The notes: generated from the sequence alone by a model not told the origin. Shown: positions 25,035-35,633, counted from the first letter of the stretch. The stretch: DNA of 64,000 bases from an uncultured Collinsella sp. (GCA_958444075.1 CAUCNB010000002.1:13909-77908), one strand, 5' to 3'. Numbers and translations: made by a program.

Positions 25035-25106
25035 ATGGAAGGCAGTCATAGTCGAAAAACCTGCATGTCGCCCTCGGCACGCCGCGAGGATTCCGCACGC
25101 GCATAA
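25035..25106 (+). CDS. Putative 23-aa leader peptide upstream of mgtA
   Basis: Strong SD TAAGGAGGTG followed by ATG; MEGSHSRKTCMSPSARREDSARA. Confidence 0.45.
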   Translation: MEGSHSRKTCMSPSARREDSARA

Positions 25107-25127
25107 GCGCCACGAACCGATCGTCAA

Positions 25128-25164
25128 AACCACCACAAAGGTGCCTGTCCCCTTTGTGGCGGTT
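25128..25164 (+). repeat. REP-like hairpin, subtype B
   Basis: AACCACCACAAAGG-TGCCTGTCC-CCTTTGTGGCGGTT; inverted near-copy at 45303-45339. Confidence 0.8.
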
Positions 25165-25246
25165 CGAGAGCATGACGTGAGCGACATCTAGGTTTTTTGA
25201 AGCAAATACGACACGTACGCTAACTCCCTTCAACAAGGAGGACCCT

Positions 25247-28015
25247 ATGCTGATGCTCAAAACCGCTACGGTACTCGAAGCTATCTCCAAGCGCCGCCGC
25301 ACGGCGCGCCCTGCCGCTCACACCGGCCTGTCCAAGAACACCATATTCGCCGCCACCCATAGCGCCGAGGACGCCCTCGTGCTGCTTGACGCCAGGGCTG
25401 GCGGACTCGGTACCGAGCACGCCGCCGAGCGCCTAGACGCCGTCGGCCCCAACACCATCGAGGCGCCGACCAAGACACTCGCCCGCCGCATCGCCGACGC
25501 GTTCATCGACCCCTTCGCCGGCATCCTCGCCGCGCTCGCACTGGTCTCGCTCTACATCGACGTGCTCGCCGTGCCCGAGCCCCAGCGCGACCCCTCCACG
25601 GTCATCGTCATCGGCATCATGCTGCTGGTATCGGGCGGCATGAAGTTTATCCAGGAAGCCCGCAGCGGCAATGCGGCCGAGGCCCTCAAGGACCTGGCCT
25701 CCAACACCTGCTGTGCCCTGCGCGACGGCGAGCGTATCGAGATCCCCTTTGACGAGCTCGTCCCCGGCGATGTAATCCGTCTCTCTGCCGGCGATATGGT
25801 GCCGGCCGATGCCCGCATCATCACCGCGCGCGACCTGTTTGTGATCGAGTCCGCACTCACCGGCGAGAGCGAGGCCGTCGAAAAGACCGCTGCCATCACC
25901 GTCGCCGAGGGTGCCGACAGCTCCGCGCTGCCGCTCTCTGCCTGCAAGAACATCGTCTTTACCGGCACCTCCGTGCAAAACGGCACCGCTATGGCACTTG
26001 TCGTAGCCACCGGCTCGGACACTTACCTGGGCGGCATCGCCAAGATGCTCAACGGGCGCGGCGAGAAGAGCGCGTTTGACCGCGGCGTCTCGAGCGTCTC
26101 CATGTTGCTCGTGCGCCTGATGCTCGTTATGGCGCCGGCGGTCTTTGCCATCAACGTCGCCACCAAGGGCAACGTCATCGACGCGCTGCTGTTCGCCACG
26201 AGCGTGGCCGTGGGCATCACGCCGCAGATGCTCCCCGTCATCGTGACCTCGAGCCTGTCGCAGGGCGCCAAGGACCTCGCCCGTCGCCAGGTTATCGTCA
26301 AGGAGCTACCGGCGATCCAAAACCTCGGCGCGATGGACGTCCTGTGCTGCGACAAGACCGGCACCCTCACCGAAGACCGCATCGTGCTCGAGCGCTACCT
26401 CAACACCGACGGCAACGAGGACGCGCGCGTGCTGCGCCATGCGTTTTTGAACAGCTTCTTCCAGACCGGCCTCAAAAACCTTATCGACCTGGCCGTAATC
26501 GACCGTGCCGACGTGACGCCCTCGACCGTCGTGCCCGATTCCATGCTGGGCCAGAGCCTGCGCGACCGCTATACCAAGGTCGACGAGGTGCCCTTCGATT
26601 TCTCGCGCCGTCGCCTGAGCGTAGTTGTCGCCGACGCCCAAGGCAAAACCCAGATGGTTACCAAGGGCGCTGCCGAGGAAATGCTCGAGATCTGCTCCTT
26701 TGTCGAGGTCGATGGCATCGCTCAGCCGCTCACCGACGAGAAGCTCGCCCAGATTCGCAAGCAGGTCGCCGGGCTCAACGCCGAGGGCCTGCGCGTGATT
26801 GCCGTGGCGCAGAAGACCGATCCGCGCTGCGTGGGCGAATTTGGCATCGCCGACGAGTGCGACATGGTGCTGATGGGCTTTTTGGCCTTCCTCGATCCGC
26901 CCAAGGCGAGTGCCGCGGGCGCCGTCGCCACCCTCGAGGCCAAGGGCGTGGCGGTCAAGGTCCTGACCGGCGACAACGATCGCGTCGCCGCCACCGTCTG
27001 CGAGCAGATCGGTATCGACGCGAGCGATGTCTTGCTGGGCTCCGAGATCGATGCGCTCGATGACGCCGAGCTTGCCGAGCGCGCCGAGCACACCCACCTC
27101 TTCGCCAAGCTCTCGCCGCTGCAGAAGGCGCGTCTGGTGCGCGTCATGCGCGAGCTGCTCGGTCACACCGTGGGCTTTATGGGCGACGGCATCAACGACG
27201 CCGCCGCCATGCGCGCGAGCGACTGCGGCATCTCGGTCGATTCGGCCGTCGACATCGCCAAGGAATCCGCCGATATCATCTTGCTTCAGAAGGACCTGGG
27301 CGTGCTCGAGCGCGGCATCATCGAAGGCCGCCGCACCTACGGCAACCTGCTCAAGTACCTCAAGACCACGGTGAGCTCCAACTTTGGCAACGTACTGTCC
27401 GTGACCGTCGCGAGCCTGTTCCTGCCGTTTTTGCCCATGAGCGCCCTGCAGCTGGTGTTGCTGTCGCTGGTCTACGAGATCGTGTGTATCGCGCTGCCGT
27501 GGGACACCGTCGATGACGCCTGGACCGCCCGTCCGCGCGCCTGGGACGCCGCGTCCATTAAGGGCTTTATGCTCGAGTTGGGTCCCGTGAGCTCGCTGTT
27601 TGACATCGTAACCTTCGCCGCGCTCTTCTTTGTGGTGTGCCCTGCCACCGTAGGCGCAAGCTGGTCCGAGCTCGCCGGGACGGGCAACGCCGCAGGCATG
27701 GCGGCCTTTGCGACGCTCTTCCAGAGCGGCTGGTTTGTCGAGTCCATGTGGTCGCAGACGCTCGTGATCCACATGCCGCGCTCCCCGCGCCTGCCGAGCC
27801 CGCGCGACCACGCCGCGCCCGCGCTGTGCGTTCTCACCGTGCTGGGCCTGGCGCTCGTCACCTGGCTGCCGGCAAGCCCCATCGCCGATGCGCTCGGCCT
27901 TACGACGCTGCCCACGAGCTTTTTCGCGCTGCTCATCGGCATCGTCGCCGCCTACATCGCGCTCACCCAGCTGGCAAAGCGCCGCTACATTGCCCGCCAC
28001 GGCGAGCTACTGTAG
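25247..28015 (+). CDS. mgtA: Magnesium-translocating P-type ATPase
   Basis: LTGES, DKTGTLT, PFDFSRRR, TGDN, GDGIND, SSNFGN, FQSGWFVES. Confidence 0.93.
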   Translation: MLMLKTATVLEAISKRRRTARPAAHTGLSKNTIFAATHSAEDALVLLDARAGGLGTEHAAERLDAVGPNTIEAPTKTLARRIADAFIDPFAGILAALALVSLYIDVLAVPEPQRDPSTVIVIGIMLLVSGGMKFIQEARSGNAAEALKDLASNTCCALRDGERIEIPFDELVPGDVIRLSAGDMVPADARIITARDLFVIESALTGESEAVEKTAAITVAEGADSSALPLSACKNIVFTGTSVQNGTAMALVVATGSDTYLGGIAKMLNGRGEKSAFDRGVSSVSMLLVRLMLVMAPAVFAINVATKGNVIDALLFATSVAVGITPQMLPVIVTSSLSQGAKDLARRQVIVKELPAIQNLGAMDVLCCDKTGTLTEDRIVLERYLNTDGNEDARVLRHAFLNSFFQTGLKNLIDLAVIDRADVTPSTVVPDSMLGQSLRDRYTKVDEVPFDFSRRRLSVVVADAQGKTQMVTKGAAEEMLEICSFVEVDGIAQPLTDEKLAQIRKQVAGLNAEGLRVIAVAQKTDPRCVGEFGIADECDMVLMGFLAFLDPPKASAAGAVATLEAKGVAVKVLTGDNDRVAATVCEQIGIDASDVLLGSEIDALDDAELAERAEHTHLFAKLSPLQKARLVRVMRELLGHTVGFMGDGINDAAAMRASDCGISVDSAVDIAKESADIILLQKDLGVLERGIIEGRRTYGNLLKYLKTTVSSNFGNVLSVTVASLFLPFLPMSALQLVLLSLVYEIVCIALPWDTVDDAWTARPRAWDAASIKGFMLELGPVSSLFDIVTFAALFFVVCPATVGASWSELAGTGNAAGMAAFATLFQSGWFVESMWSQTLVIHMPRSPRLPSPRDHAAPALCVLTVLGLALVTWLPASPIADALGLTTLPTSFFALLIGIVAAYIALTQLAKRRYIARHGELL

Positions 28016-28074
28016 CGCCCGAATTGTGGCGCGCGACCCATCAGGCGGTCAAAAAGTCCCGTCTCAAGTTAAAC

Positions 28075-28103
28075 CACTCATTTAAGCACGTCCCCAATGA
28101 GTG
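28075..28103 (+). repeat. REP-like hairpin (GTCCCC-loop family)
   Basis: CACTCATT-TAAGCACGTCCCC-AATGAGTG. Confidence 0.75.
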
Positions 28104-28204
28104 CGACGGAATGGCTCCCCTTGGCAGCTTGAAGCCGTCATGCAGGAACCATTCCGTCGCAGCCTAATGAAAGGGACTGGGTTGTAAATGTTGGAGAAGA
28201 GCCG

Positions 28205-29524
28205 TTAGCGCCCGGGGGCCAGGATCACCAGCGCGTCGTGCTCAAAGGGATGCTGCGCCACGCGCACGGTGCCGTCACCGTTGTCACGGACGGGCAGCTT
28301 TGCGATGCGCTTGTCCTCCATGTCGAGGACCGTCGCCGTCCAGCCACGCGCGCCGTCGAGCTTAAACTTGAGCGCCGTGGTACGCGGCAGGTACGCGACG
28401 ATGCGATCGCCAACGCGCGCCACACGGATGGACTCGCGCGCGTCGTCGAGGAGCTCCTGCGCCGGAACCACGGCAAGTGCATCGTCGGCAGCCGTAGCGC
28501 CCAGGGCGGCAAGCACGTGCTCGATCGCGCCAAAGTCCCACACACCCGCAAACTGCAGGCACTCTTGCCAGCGGAAGGGCATGTCAAAGCCCTCGCCCAG
28601 GACCGAGCCCTGGCTGCGCGATGTCTGCCAGTTCCACACGCCGTGTGCGCCATAGGTCACGCCGGCACTGGCGCCGGCAAGAATCGACGACCATACGCTC
28701 GCGCGGCAATCCTGCGCGGTAAAACGCCAGTAGACGTTGCGCGACGCACCCATCTGCTCGTAGCAAGGCTCGGAGTTGACCATCGGCTTTTTGGGATAGT
28801 TGGCGATAAAGTCCTGCGGCAGACGCCATGCCTCGGGCTGGCCCTCGTAGTTGTGGCCGGGCTGGAACATATAAAAGTCCAGACGGTCCAGATACTGCGC
28901 CGGAATGGTGCGGTTACCGCGGTTGATATGCATGGTGCGCAGTGCCTCGGGCGCGCGCTTGACGACCTCGTCGAGGGCGTCCTCGTAATAGGCGATCGCC
29001 TCGTCGCCGGCAAAGTCGGTATCGCCCGTCACCACGTAGACGGGGTCGAACTCGCCCAGGTTCTCGACGACGCGGGCAACGTGGACGCGAACCTCCTCAC
29101 GCGGCATAACCTCGGCGCCGCAACGCTCGGCGATCTTGGCGCCCCAGGTACCGGGCACGTAATTGCACCACATGAGAACGAGCGCCGGACGAATGCCGTG
29201 CTCGACGGCAGCACGGCACATGGCGGCGGCACGATCCCAGTACGCCTGGTTGGGACGGGACCAATCAAAGTGCACGCCGTCCTCGCTGGCATAGGGCCAA
29301 ATGCCCAGGTCGGGGCAGCAGCGATCCCACTGCGGCAGCGTGTTGATCTGCAGTGCGTTCATACCCTGCTCGGCACGGCGGGTCAGGTAGTAATCCCAGT
29401 CGTTCTCGGCGATGCTCGTAAATGCGCTCCAGCACGTATCGGCAAACCAGAAGAACGGTTTGCCCTCGCACAAAAAGCCATCCTGGCGACCGTTGACGGT
29501 CAGCTTTCCCAAACTCATCTGCAT
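28205..29524 (-). CDS. DUF4038 / apiosidase-like (GH140-related) glycoside hydrolase
   Basis: GKPFFWFADTCW, YLTRRAEQGMN, KPMVNSEPCYE, GVTYGAHGVW; AAAGGA RBS. Confidence 0.8.
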   Translation of the reverse strand: MQMSLGKLTVNGRQDGFLCEGKPFFWFADTCWSAFTSIAENDWDYYLTRRAEQGMNALQINTLPQWDRCCPDLGIWPYASEDGVHFDWSRPNQAYWDRAAAMCRAAVEHGIRPALVLMWCNYVPGTWGAKIAERCGAEVMPREEVRVHVARVVENLGEFDPVYVVTGDTDFAGDEAIAYYEDALDEVVKRAPEALRTMHINRGNRTIPAQYLDRLDFYMFQPGHNYEGQPEAWRLPQDFIANYPKKPMVNSEPCYEQMGASRNVYWRFTAQDCRASVWSSILAGASAGVTYGAHGVWNWQTSRSQGSVLGEGFDMPFRWQECLQFAGVWDFGAIEHVLAALGATAADDALAVVPAQELLDDARESIRVARVGDRIVAYLPRTTALKFKLDGARGWTATVLDMEDKRIAKLPVRDNGDGTVRVAQHPFEHDALVILAPGR

Positions 29525-29652
29525 GTCCTTTCGTTTGATAAAGGATTTGCGAACCGCCGAGGGCTTTCGCGGTAACCCCGCGCGAAAGCACCCGCCGCTT
29601 GGCAAACCATCGCGGGCGAATACCGTCCGCCCCATCAGTCTACCTTGCAAGA

Positions 29653-29686
29653 AGGGCCCCGCCGGGCTTACGCCTGACGGGGCCCT
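29653..29686 (-). terminator. Stem-loop downstream of PTS IIBC
   Basis: AGGGCCCCG...CGGGGCCCT followed by TCTT on the minus strand. Confidence 0.5.
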
Positions 29687-29726
29687 GTCGTGTAGGTGAG
29701 GTCTTATGCGACCGAATGGCTTGGCC

Positions 29727-31154
29727 TTAGGCCTCCATCTCGGCGAGCTCCTCCTTGGAGAAGCCGGAGACAAAGACGACGGCAGCGGCGATGACAAAGG
29801 AGATTGCCATACCGACGATAGCCCAGACGGTGTTCATCTGGCCACCCTGCAGGTAGTTGGTGAAGACCAGGAAGTTGGAGGCACCGCCTGCGAGGTAGTA
29901 GGTAACACCCATGAGGCCGGAGAACACAGCGCCGATAGCACCGCCGATGAACATGCCAAACATGGTGCGACGGAAGCGCATGAGGATGCCGAAGAGCGCG
30001 GGCTCGGTGACGCCGCCGGCGATGGCGGAGATGACGTAACCGATGGCGAGAGACTTCTCGTCGGGGTTCTTCATCTTGAGGAAGGCACCGAAGGCGCAGC
30101 CCCAGACAGCGGCCATAGCGCAGTTGGTGGAAACGAAGACGAAGGGATCGTAACCGGCAGCGATGATCTGAACCTGGGCGAGCAGGATGACGGGCATGTG
30201 CATGCCGCAGACCACGAAGAGCTGCCAGAAGGCGCCGAGGATGGCCATGACGATCAGGATGCCGATGCCGCCAAGGTCAGCAAGGCCGAAGAGGGCGTTG
30301 GCGATCAGCGTACCGATCTCGTTGCCGATCGGAGCGAGGACGATGAAGGCAATGGGGATCGTGACGATCATGGTGCAGAACGGCGTGAAGACCGTGGACA
30401 GCACGTCGGGCATAACCTTCTTAAAGAACTTCTCGATGAAGTACAGGACGGGCACCGAAAGGATGATCGGCAGGACGGACTGCTGGTAGTTGGCAGCGGC
30501 GATCTGGATGCCGTAGACGGAGATGATTCCGCCGCCCTCCTGGGTGGCGACGCTCACCACGGAAGGAGCCATGAGGGCGCCACCGAGCAGCATGCCGAGC
30601 ACCGGGCTGGCGCCGAGCTTCTTAGCCGCGGCATAACCCAGGTAGATGGGGATAAAGGTGAACGTGGCCTCGTACAGCGTGGTGTAGAGGAACGTATAGG
30701 TCGGGTCGTCGGCCGAGAGCACACCGAGCATGGTGGGGCCGAGGACGGCCGCGATGGTACGGAACAGACCGCCGGCCATGAGCAGCGGGATGAGCTGGGT
30801 CATGGAGCCCGACAGATAGTCAAGGATGATGTTAGGCAGGTTCTTGAGCTCGAACTTCTGCTTGGAAGCATCGAGGTTCTCGTCGACGGCGGCACCCTGC
30901 TTGACGCCGGAGATGGCGACGAACTCGGCGAGCACCTTGGGCACGTTCTGGCCGATGATGACCTGGAGCTGGCTGCCGGCGAACTGGCATCCCAGAACAC
31001 CCTTGACCTTCTTGATCTTCTCCACGTCGGCCTTGTTGTTGTCCTTGAGCGTCAGACGCAGGCGCGTCATGCAGTTGGTGGCGACGGAAACATTCTCCGC
31101 ACCGCCCACGAGCTCGAGGACATCGGTGGCAATCTGCTTGTTATCTACTGCCAT
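29727..31154 (-). CDS. PTS beta-glucoside-family IIBC
   Basis: VGGAENV...NCMTRLRL, QVIIG, GMH, GVTEPALFG; no IIA domain. Confidence 0.93.
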   Translation of the reverse strand: MAVDNKQIATDVLELVGGAENVSVATNCMTRLRLTLKDNNKADVEKIKKVKGVLGCQFAGSQLQVIIGQNVPKVLAEFVAISGVKQGAAVDENLDASKQKFELKNLPNIILDYLSGSMTQLIPLLMAGGLFRTIAAVLGPTMLGVLSADDPTYTFLYTTLYEATFTFIPIYLGYAAAKKLGASPVLGMLLGGALMAPSVVSVATQEGGGIISVYGIQIAAANYQQSVLPIILSVPVLYFIEKFFKKVMPDVLSTVFTPFCTMIVTIPIAFIVLAPIGNEIGTLIANALFGLADLGGIGILIVMAILGAFWQLFVVCGMHMPVILLAQVQIIAAGYDPFVFVSTNCAMAAVWGCAFGAFLKMKNPDEKSLAIGYVISAIAGGVTEPALFGILMRFRRTMFGMFIGGAIGAVFSGLMGVTYYLAGGASNFLVFTNYLQGGQMNTVWAIVGMAISFVIAAAVVFVSGFSKEELAEMEA

Positions 31155-31259
31155 GGGACCCCTCCCCATATCTTCGTGTGCCAGCCCCCTTGGGCTTAGG
31201 CACGCCTTTGGCCCGGCGACTATAACCCCTTACGGTTGCCGGACCCTTGGATACGCTTT

Positions 31260-31596
31260 TGTAAACAAGGTGTTTACTGAACGTTTACGGGCTTTAGTTT
31301 ACACGGAGCGCCGAATTTATGGCAATTTTGCCGTCTACAGTCCGGTGAACGGTAGGTAATCGGGGGTGAACGTATTTGAATGGCGGGAAATGGTCTCTTT
31401 GACCCTCTATTGATATATAGCCATTTACGTGGGATTTTATTTTGATGAACACCTCACTGATCTGTTAACTCATCAACAGAATCCCTGCTAGAAGCTAGTA
31501 AACATATGTTTAGTAGCTCACGACGTGTTCAATTTTGCCGTTTACCGAGTTCATCTGGTTATTCTTCAATTCTAGATTACACTAAACATGTTTAGT
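31260..31596. promoter_or_regulatory. AT-rich divergent promoter region with TAAAC/GTTTA operator-like palindromes
   Basis: TGTTTACTGAACGTTTAC 31271, AGTAAACATATGTTTAGT 31497, perfect ACTAAACATGTTTAGT 31581-31596. Confidence 0.6.
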
Positions 31597-31644
31597 TTGT
31601 ATTGCCGCAGATGCCAGGCATTCGCGGCGTAAGGGAGGCAGCTC

Positions 31645-32982
31645 ATGGAGCTCAAATTGTGTACCTACGCAACCGTCACCACCTTGGGCGACTTTGGCCC
31701 CTGGATCAGCAAGGTCGTACTCGACCTGCCCTGCACCGTGCGCGCCAACGACATCGACGCGAACACCTTCCATATATATGTAGAGCGTCACGAGCGCTCG
31801 GGCGAGGTTCTGATGCGCAAGGAGCGCGGCGCCGACCATGCCGCGCCCTCCGTGGGTTACATCGACATTCTCGCCGCATATCCGTGCGACGAGAACGGAC
31901 GTAAGCTCGCCGTGGGCACCCATGTGGCGCTCGAGGTCGCCGAGCAGCGCCTGACCAAGACCATCGAAGGCGGCGTCATGGGCTCGCGCATGCTCGATGA
32001 CCAGCTGCGCATCACGCAGCTCACAGCTCTTCCCGGCAACGACGGCGACGATCCCACCTGCGGCCTGGTCTTCGACACCTGCCGTGGCGATATCTGCCCC
32101 GCGCTCAAAGGCTGGAGCAACGACACGCAAAAGACCGCCGTCGACGGTATCGCGCTCGAATACGGCTTCTTTGAGCCCAGCTTTAAGGCCGAGGACTCGG
32201 CATGCTTCAACCCCTTTGCGCCCGAGGCCACGGCCGTGCCCCAAAAGGCACCGCTCGTGGTGTATCTGCACGGCGCCGGCGAGGGCAAGGGCGCCACGCA
32301 GGGCGAAGGCGCCACGCGCGCCTATATCGGCAACCGCGTGACGGCCATCAGCCAGGCACAGATCCAGCGCTACTTTGGCGGCTTTGCCTGGGTGCTCGTA
32401 CCGCAGTCGCCCACGTTTTGGATGGACAACGGCGTCGAACAACTCGGTCGCTCCAACCAGAGCATCTACTCCCCCGTGCTCAAGGCACTTATCGATGAGT
32501 TTGTCGCCGAGCATGCCGACCGCATCGACACCGACCGCATCGTGGTCGCCGGTCTTTCCAACGGCGGCTTTATGACCCTGCGCCTGTGCGCCGACTACCC
32601 CGATTTCTTCGCCGCGGGCCTTCCCTGCTGCGCCCCGTGGTACAACGCCACGGACGAGGACGTGGCCGCGCTCGCCAAGACGCCGCTGTGGTTTACGCAC
32701 TCCAAGGGCGACGAGCTCGTGTCACCGCAACAGACCGTGCTGCCGCTCACGGCGCGCCTGCGCGATGCCGGCGCCAACGTGCACCTCACCTACTTTAGCC
32801 ATGTCGAGGACCTGACCGGCGTGTATCGCGAGGCCGACGGCTCGGCCAAGAAGACGTTCAACCACGGCGTGTGGATCCACCAATTCAACGACCTGTGTTA
32901 TCAAGACTTCGACGGGGGCAACGTACTCATCGACGGCGAGCCGGTGGGCTGCTGGGAGTGGTCAGCCAGGGTCAAACGGTAA
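31645..32982 (+). CDS. Alpha/beta-hydrolase esterase/peptidase with N-terminal Ig-like domain
   Basis: PLVVYLHGAGE, VLVPQ, GLSNGG nucleophile elbow, HSKGD, C-terminal H. Confidence 0.85.
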   Translation: MELKLCTYATVTTLGDFGPWISKVVLDLPCTVRANDIDANTFHIYVERHERSGEVLMRKERGADHAAPSVGYIDILAAYPCDENGRKLAVGTHVALEVAEQRLTKTIEGGVMGSRMLDDQLRITQLTALPGNDGDDPTCGLVFDTCRGDICPALKGWSNDTQKTAVDGIALEYGFFEPSFKAEDSACFNPFAPEATAVPQKAPLVVYLHGAGEGKGATQGEGATRAYIGNRVTAISQAQIQRYFGGFAWVLVPQSPTFWMDNGVEQLGRSNQSIYSPVLKALIDEFVAEHADRIDTDRIVVAGLSNGGFMTLRLCADYPDFFAAGLPCCAPWYNATDEDVAALAKTPLWFTHSKGDELVSPQQTVLPLTARLRDAGANVHLTYFSHVEDLTGVYREADGSAKKTFNHGVWIHQFNDLCYQDFDGGNVLIDGEPVGCWEWSARVKR

Positions 32983-33122
32983 TCCGTCCCCGCTGCGTTG
33001 CCATTGTCGTTGGCCCTGGCCGGGCGCTTCCGGCAGCACGCCGGGTCGGTGGCGATGAGGGGTGTGGGCCCGTCTTGCCTTGCGCGTAACTGGCTGAATT
33101 TTTTTTGGTTGGAGCTGTTCCT

Positions 33123-34634
33123 ATGTCTCAGAATTTGACTCGGGTGATTGTTACTACCGATATGGAAGTCGATGATATGAACTCTCTTGTTCATTTGGCT
33201 CTGTATCTTAACTTGCTTGATGTTCAGGCTGTGGTGTACACGGCTTCGCAGTATCACTTTCTTGGCGATGGCATCCATACGCTGGGTGAGGTGAATCCGC
33301 ATTGGCGGACTAAGGGGCGTCGCTCTTATGAGTGGGCTGTTGTGCCTCATGAGCCCGATCCGCTAGCCGGCGAGCTTCGTGAGTATCGGCCGTTTCCCGA
33401 GCATTGGATTGAGAGTCTCTGGAGTAATGAATATGCCCAGGCTTGGCCGCAGTTGCAGGCAAATGCGGCCGCTGCCGGTGAGCCGCCGTTTCCCACGCCC
33501 GCCCAGATGATCGAGCGCACCTTTGTGGGAAATGTTGCCTTTGAGGGTGATGTGACTGAGGAAACTGAGGGGTCTCGCGTAATTGCGCAGGCGATTCTGG
33601 ATGATGATCCGCGTACGTTATGGTTGCTCAGCTGGGGTGGTATGAATACGATCGTTCGCGCCCTCATGAGTATTGCCGAGCGCTATCGCGCCACGCCCGA
33701 GTGGCCCGCCGTGCAGCAGCAGGTCTATCAGAAGGTGCGCGTGATGGGCGTTGCCGATGGCGTGGGACAGGACAACTCGTGGCTCGACCATGGGCGCGAG
33801 CTCTTTCCCGAGCTCATCTTTTGGCGTACGCCCTATATGTATGGCAACTATTTCGACGCCAAAACAGCTCAGCCCGATACGCTGCCGCTGTTTAAGGCTC
33901 CCTGGCCCGAGCAGAATCTCACGCAGGGCAACGGCCCCCTCATGGCACGCTATATGCTCTATGGCGATGGTAAGGTCTACGAAAACGAACCCGAGCGCTT
34001 TCAGTTTGGCGAGCATGCCCGCCTGGATTGGGGCCTGGACGGTATGCCCGCGGTGCAGTTTGAGCGCGGCGACTTTATGGCCGAAGGCGACAGCATGACC
34101 TATATTCCGCTGCTGCCGTTTGGCCTGCGCGGCATCGACGACCGCGACTTCGATACGCTGCTGGGCCGCATGTTTCTTGATGGACACCCCGATGCGAGCG
34201 CGCCCGCCGGTTTTGCCGCCCTCGGCACGCCCGCAGACGACAATCTCAATCCCTACCTGCGCGCCTATCAGGAAGACTTTGCCGTCCGCGCGCAATGGTG
34301 CGCCCATGATCCGGCCATCTGCTCGCATCCGGCACATGTTGTCGAGGTCACGGCCGACCGCAGCGCCGCAGCCGGCGAGCGCGTCGCCCTTGCAGCGACC
34401 ATCGTCGACCCCGATGGCAAGGGCTTCGATGCGCATTGGGATGTGGCCGTAGACCCATCGAGCTATGCAGGCGTCCAGGATCTGTCGATGTGGCAAGAAT
34501 GCACGGTAGACACCGCTTTCATCGTGCCCGCCGACGCGCAGCCCGGTGACCGCTTCGTGCTCACCCTTACCGTGCAGACGCGCGCCGAGCGCCCCTGCAC
34601 CCGCTACGCCCAGGTTGCCGTGACCGTGGCGTAG
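33123..34634 (+). CDS. DUF1593 nucleoside-hydrolase-like protein
   Basis: RVIVTTDMEVDDMNS, WGGMNT, AEGDS, QEDFAVRAQW, DPDG, TRYAQV. Confidence 0.85.
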   Translation: MSQNLTRVIVTTDMEVDDMNSLVHLALYLNLLDVQAVVYTASQYHFLGDGIHTLGEVNPHWRTKGRRSYEWAVVPHEPDPLAGELREYRPFPEHWIESLWSNEYAQAWPQLQANAAAAGEPPFPTPAQMIERTFVGNVAFEGDVTEETEGSRVIAQAILDDDPRTLWLLSWGGMNTIVRALMSIAERYRATPEWPAVQQQVYQKVRVMGVADGVGQDNSWLDHGRELFPELIFWRTPYMYGNYFDAKTAQPDTLPLFKAPWPEQNLTQGNGPLMARYMLYGDGKVYENEPERFQFGEHARLDWGLDGMPAVQFERGDFMAEGDSMTYIPLLPFGLRGIDDRDFDTLLGRMFLDGHPDASAPAGFAALGTPADDNLNPYLRAYQEDFAVRAQWCAHDPAICSHPAHVVEVTADRSAAAGERVALAATIVDPDGKGFDAHWDVAVDPSSYAGVQDLSMWQECTVDTAFIVPADAQPGDRFVLTLTVQTRAERPCTRYAQVAVTVA

Positions 34635-34694
34635 CAAGGGCAACGCCCACATTCGACAAAGAGTGTCCCCCAGGCGCCAAACGAGCGAGCGGGC

Positions 34695-34774
34695 ACTCAT
34701 TGGGGACGTACTTAAATGAGTAGTTTCACTCATTTAAGTACGTCCCCAATGAGTAAAGTGCGTCCCCAATGAGT
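34695..34774. repeat. Inverted doublet of REP-like hairpins plus partial third copy (REPIN-like)
   Basis: ACTCATTGGGGACGTACTTAAATGAGT-AGTTTC-ACTCATTTAAGTACGTCCCCAATGAGT. Confidence 0.85.
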
Positions 34775-34895
34775 AGGAAAAATGGGCCATGTGTCCCAGT
34801 TGTGGAGACTCGTTGAGCCGTCTGGGTATCGTGAAAGGCTGCGCACTCCCCCATCATCAAAAGTGACACACGCTACCAGTTGATGGGAGGCAGCC

Positions 34896-35633
34896 ATGGG
34901 CTTCTTTGACAAGATGTTCGAGAAGAAAGAGTGCGCGATCTGCGGTACCGAGCTGGGACTTCTCGGCAAGACCAAGATCAACGAGGGCTACCTGTGCAAA
35001 GAGTGCGTCGGCAAGCTCTCCCCCTACTTCCACGGCTATCGCTCCAGCACCGCGGACGATATCCGCGAGCAACTCGCCTACCGCGAGGCCAACGCCGAGC
35101 GCCTGGCGTCGTTCAATCCCACGCGCACGCTTTCTGCCGGACGCACCAACATCATGCTCGACGAAGACGCGGGCCTGCTGATCATCACCTCGCAGAGCCG
35201 CTGGCGCGACGCCAATCCCGACATCATCGAGTTCTCGCAGGTACTCGGCTGCGATATGGATATCGACGAGCATCGCACCGAGATCTATCGCGAGACCAAG
35301 GACGGCGAGCGCGAGAGCTACAACCCGCCGCGCTACGACCTGGATTACGACTTTAATCTGACCATTCACGTCAACACGCCGTACTTTACCGAGATCAACC
35401 TGCGCGTAAACGACTTCACCATCGATCAGCGCGGCTCCATCGAGTACCGCGAGGCCAAGCGCCAGGCAACCGAGGTCCGCGACGCGCTGGTGCAGCTGCG
35501 CCAGGAGACGCGCGACAGCGTTGTTGCCGCCAAGGCCCCCAAGGCGGCGGTGACCTGCCCCTTCTGCGGTGCGACCACCATTCCCGATGCCAGCGGGCGC
35601 TGCGAATACTGCGGCGGCGCCATCGGCGCATAG
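34896..35633 (+). CDS. DUF4428 zinc-ribbon protein
   Basis: CAIC...GLLG...CKEC; C-terminal CPFCGA...CEYCG. Confidence 0.85.
   Translation: MGFFDKMFEKKECAICGTELGLLGKTKINEGYLCKECVGKLSPYFHGYRSSTADDIREQLAYREANAERLASFNPTRTLSAGRTNIMLDEDAGLLIITSQSRWRDANPDIIEFSQVLGCDMDIDEHRTEIYRETKDGERESYNPPRYDLDYDFNLTIHVNTPYFTEINLRVNDFTIDQRGSIEYREAKRQATEVRDALVQLRQETRDSVVAAKAPKAAVTCPFCGATTIPDASGRCEYCGGAIGA

Noticed and set aside
24810..25246. M-box (ykoK) riboswitch upstream of mgtA
   Set aside because: No recognisable conserved core (TAGGTGAGGC...ACGCCAATGG) by eye; cmscan would be decisive
34695..34774. Repeated 27-mers as a CRISPR array
   Set aside because: Copies are inverted, scattered and lack regular unique spacers; no cas genes
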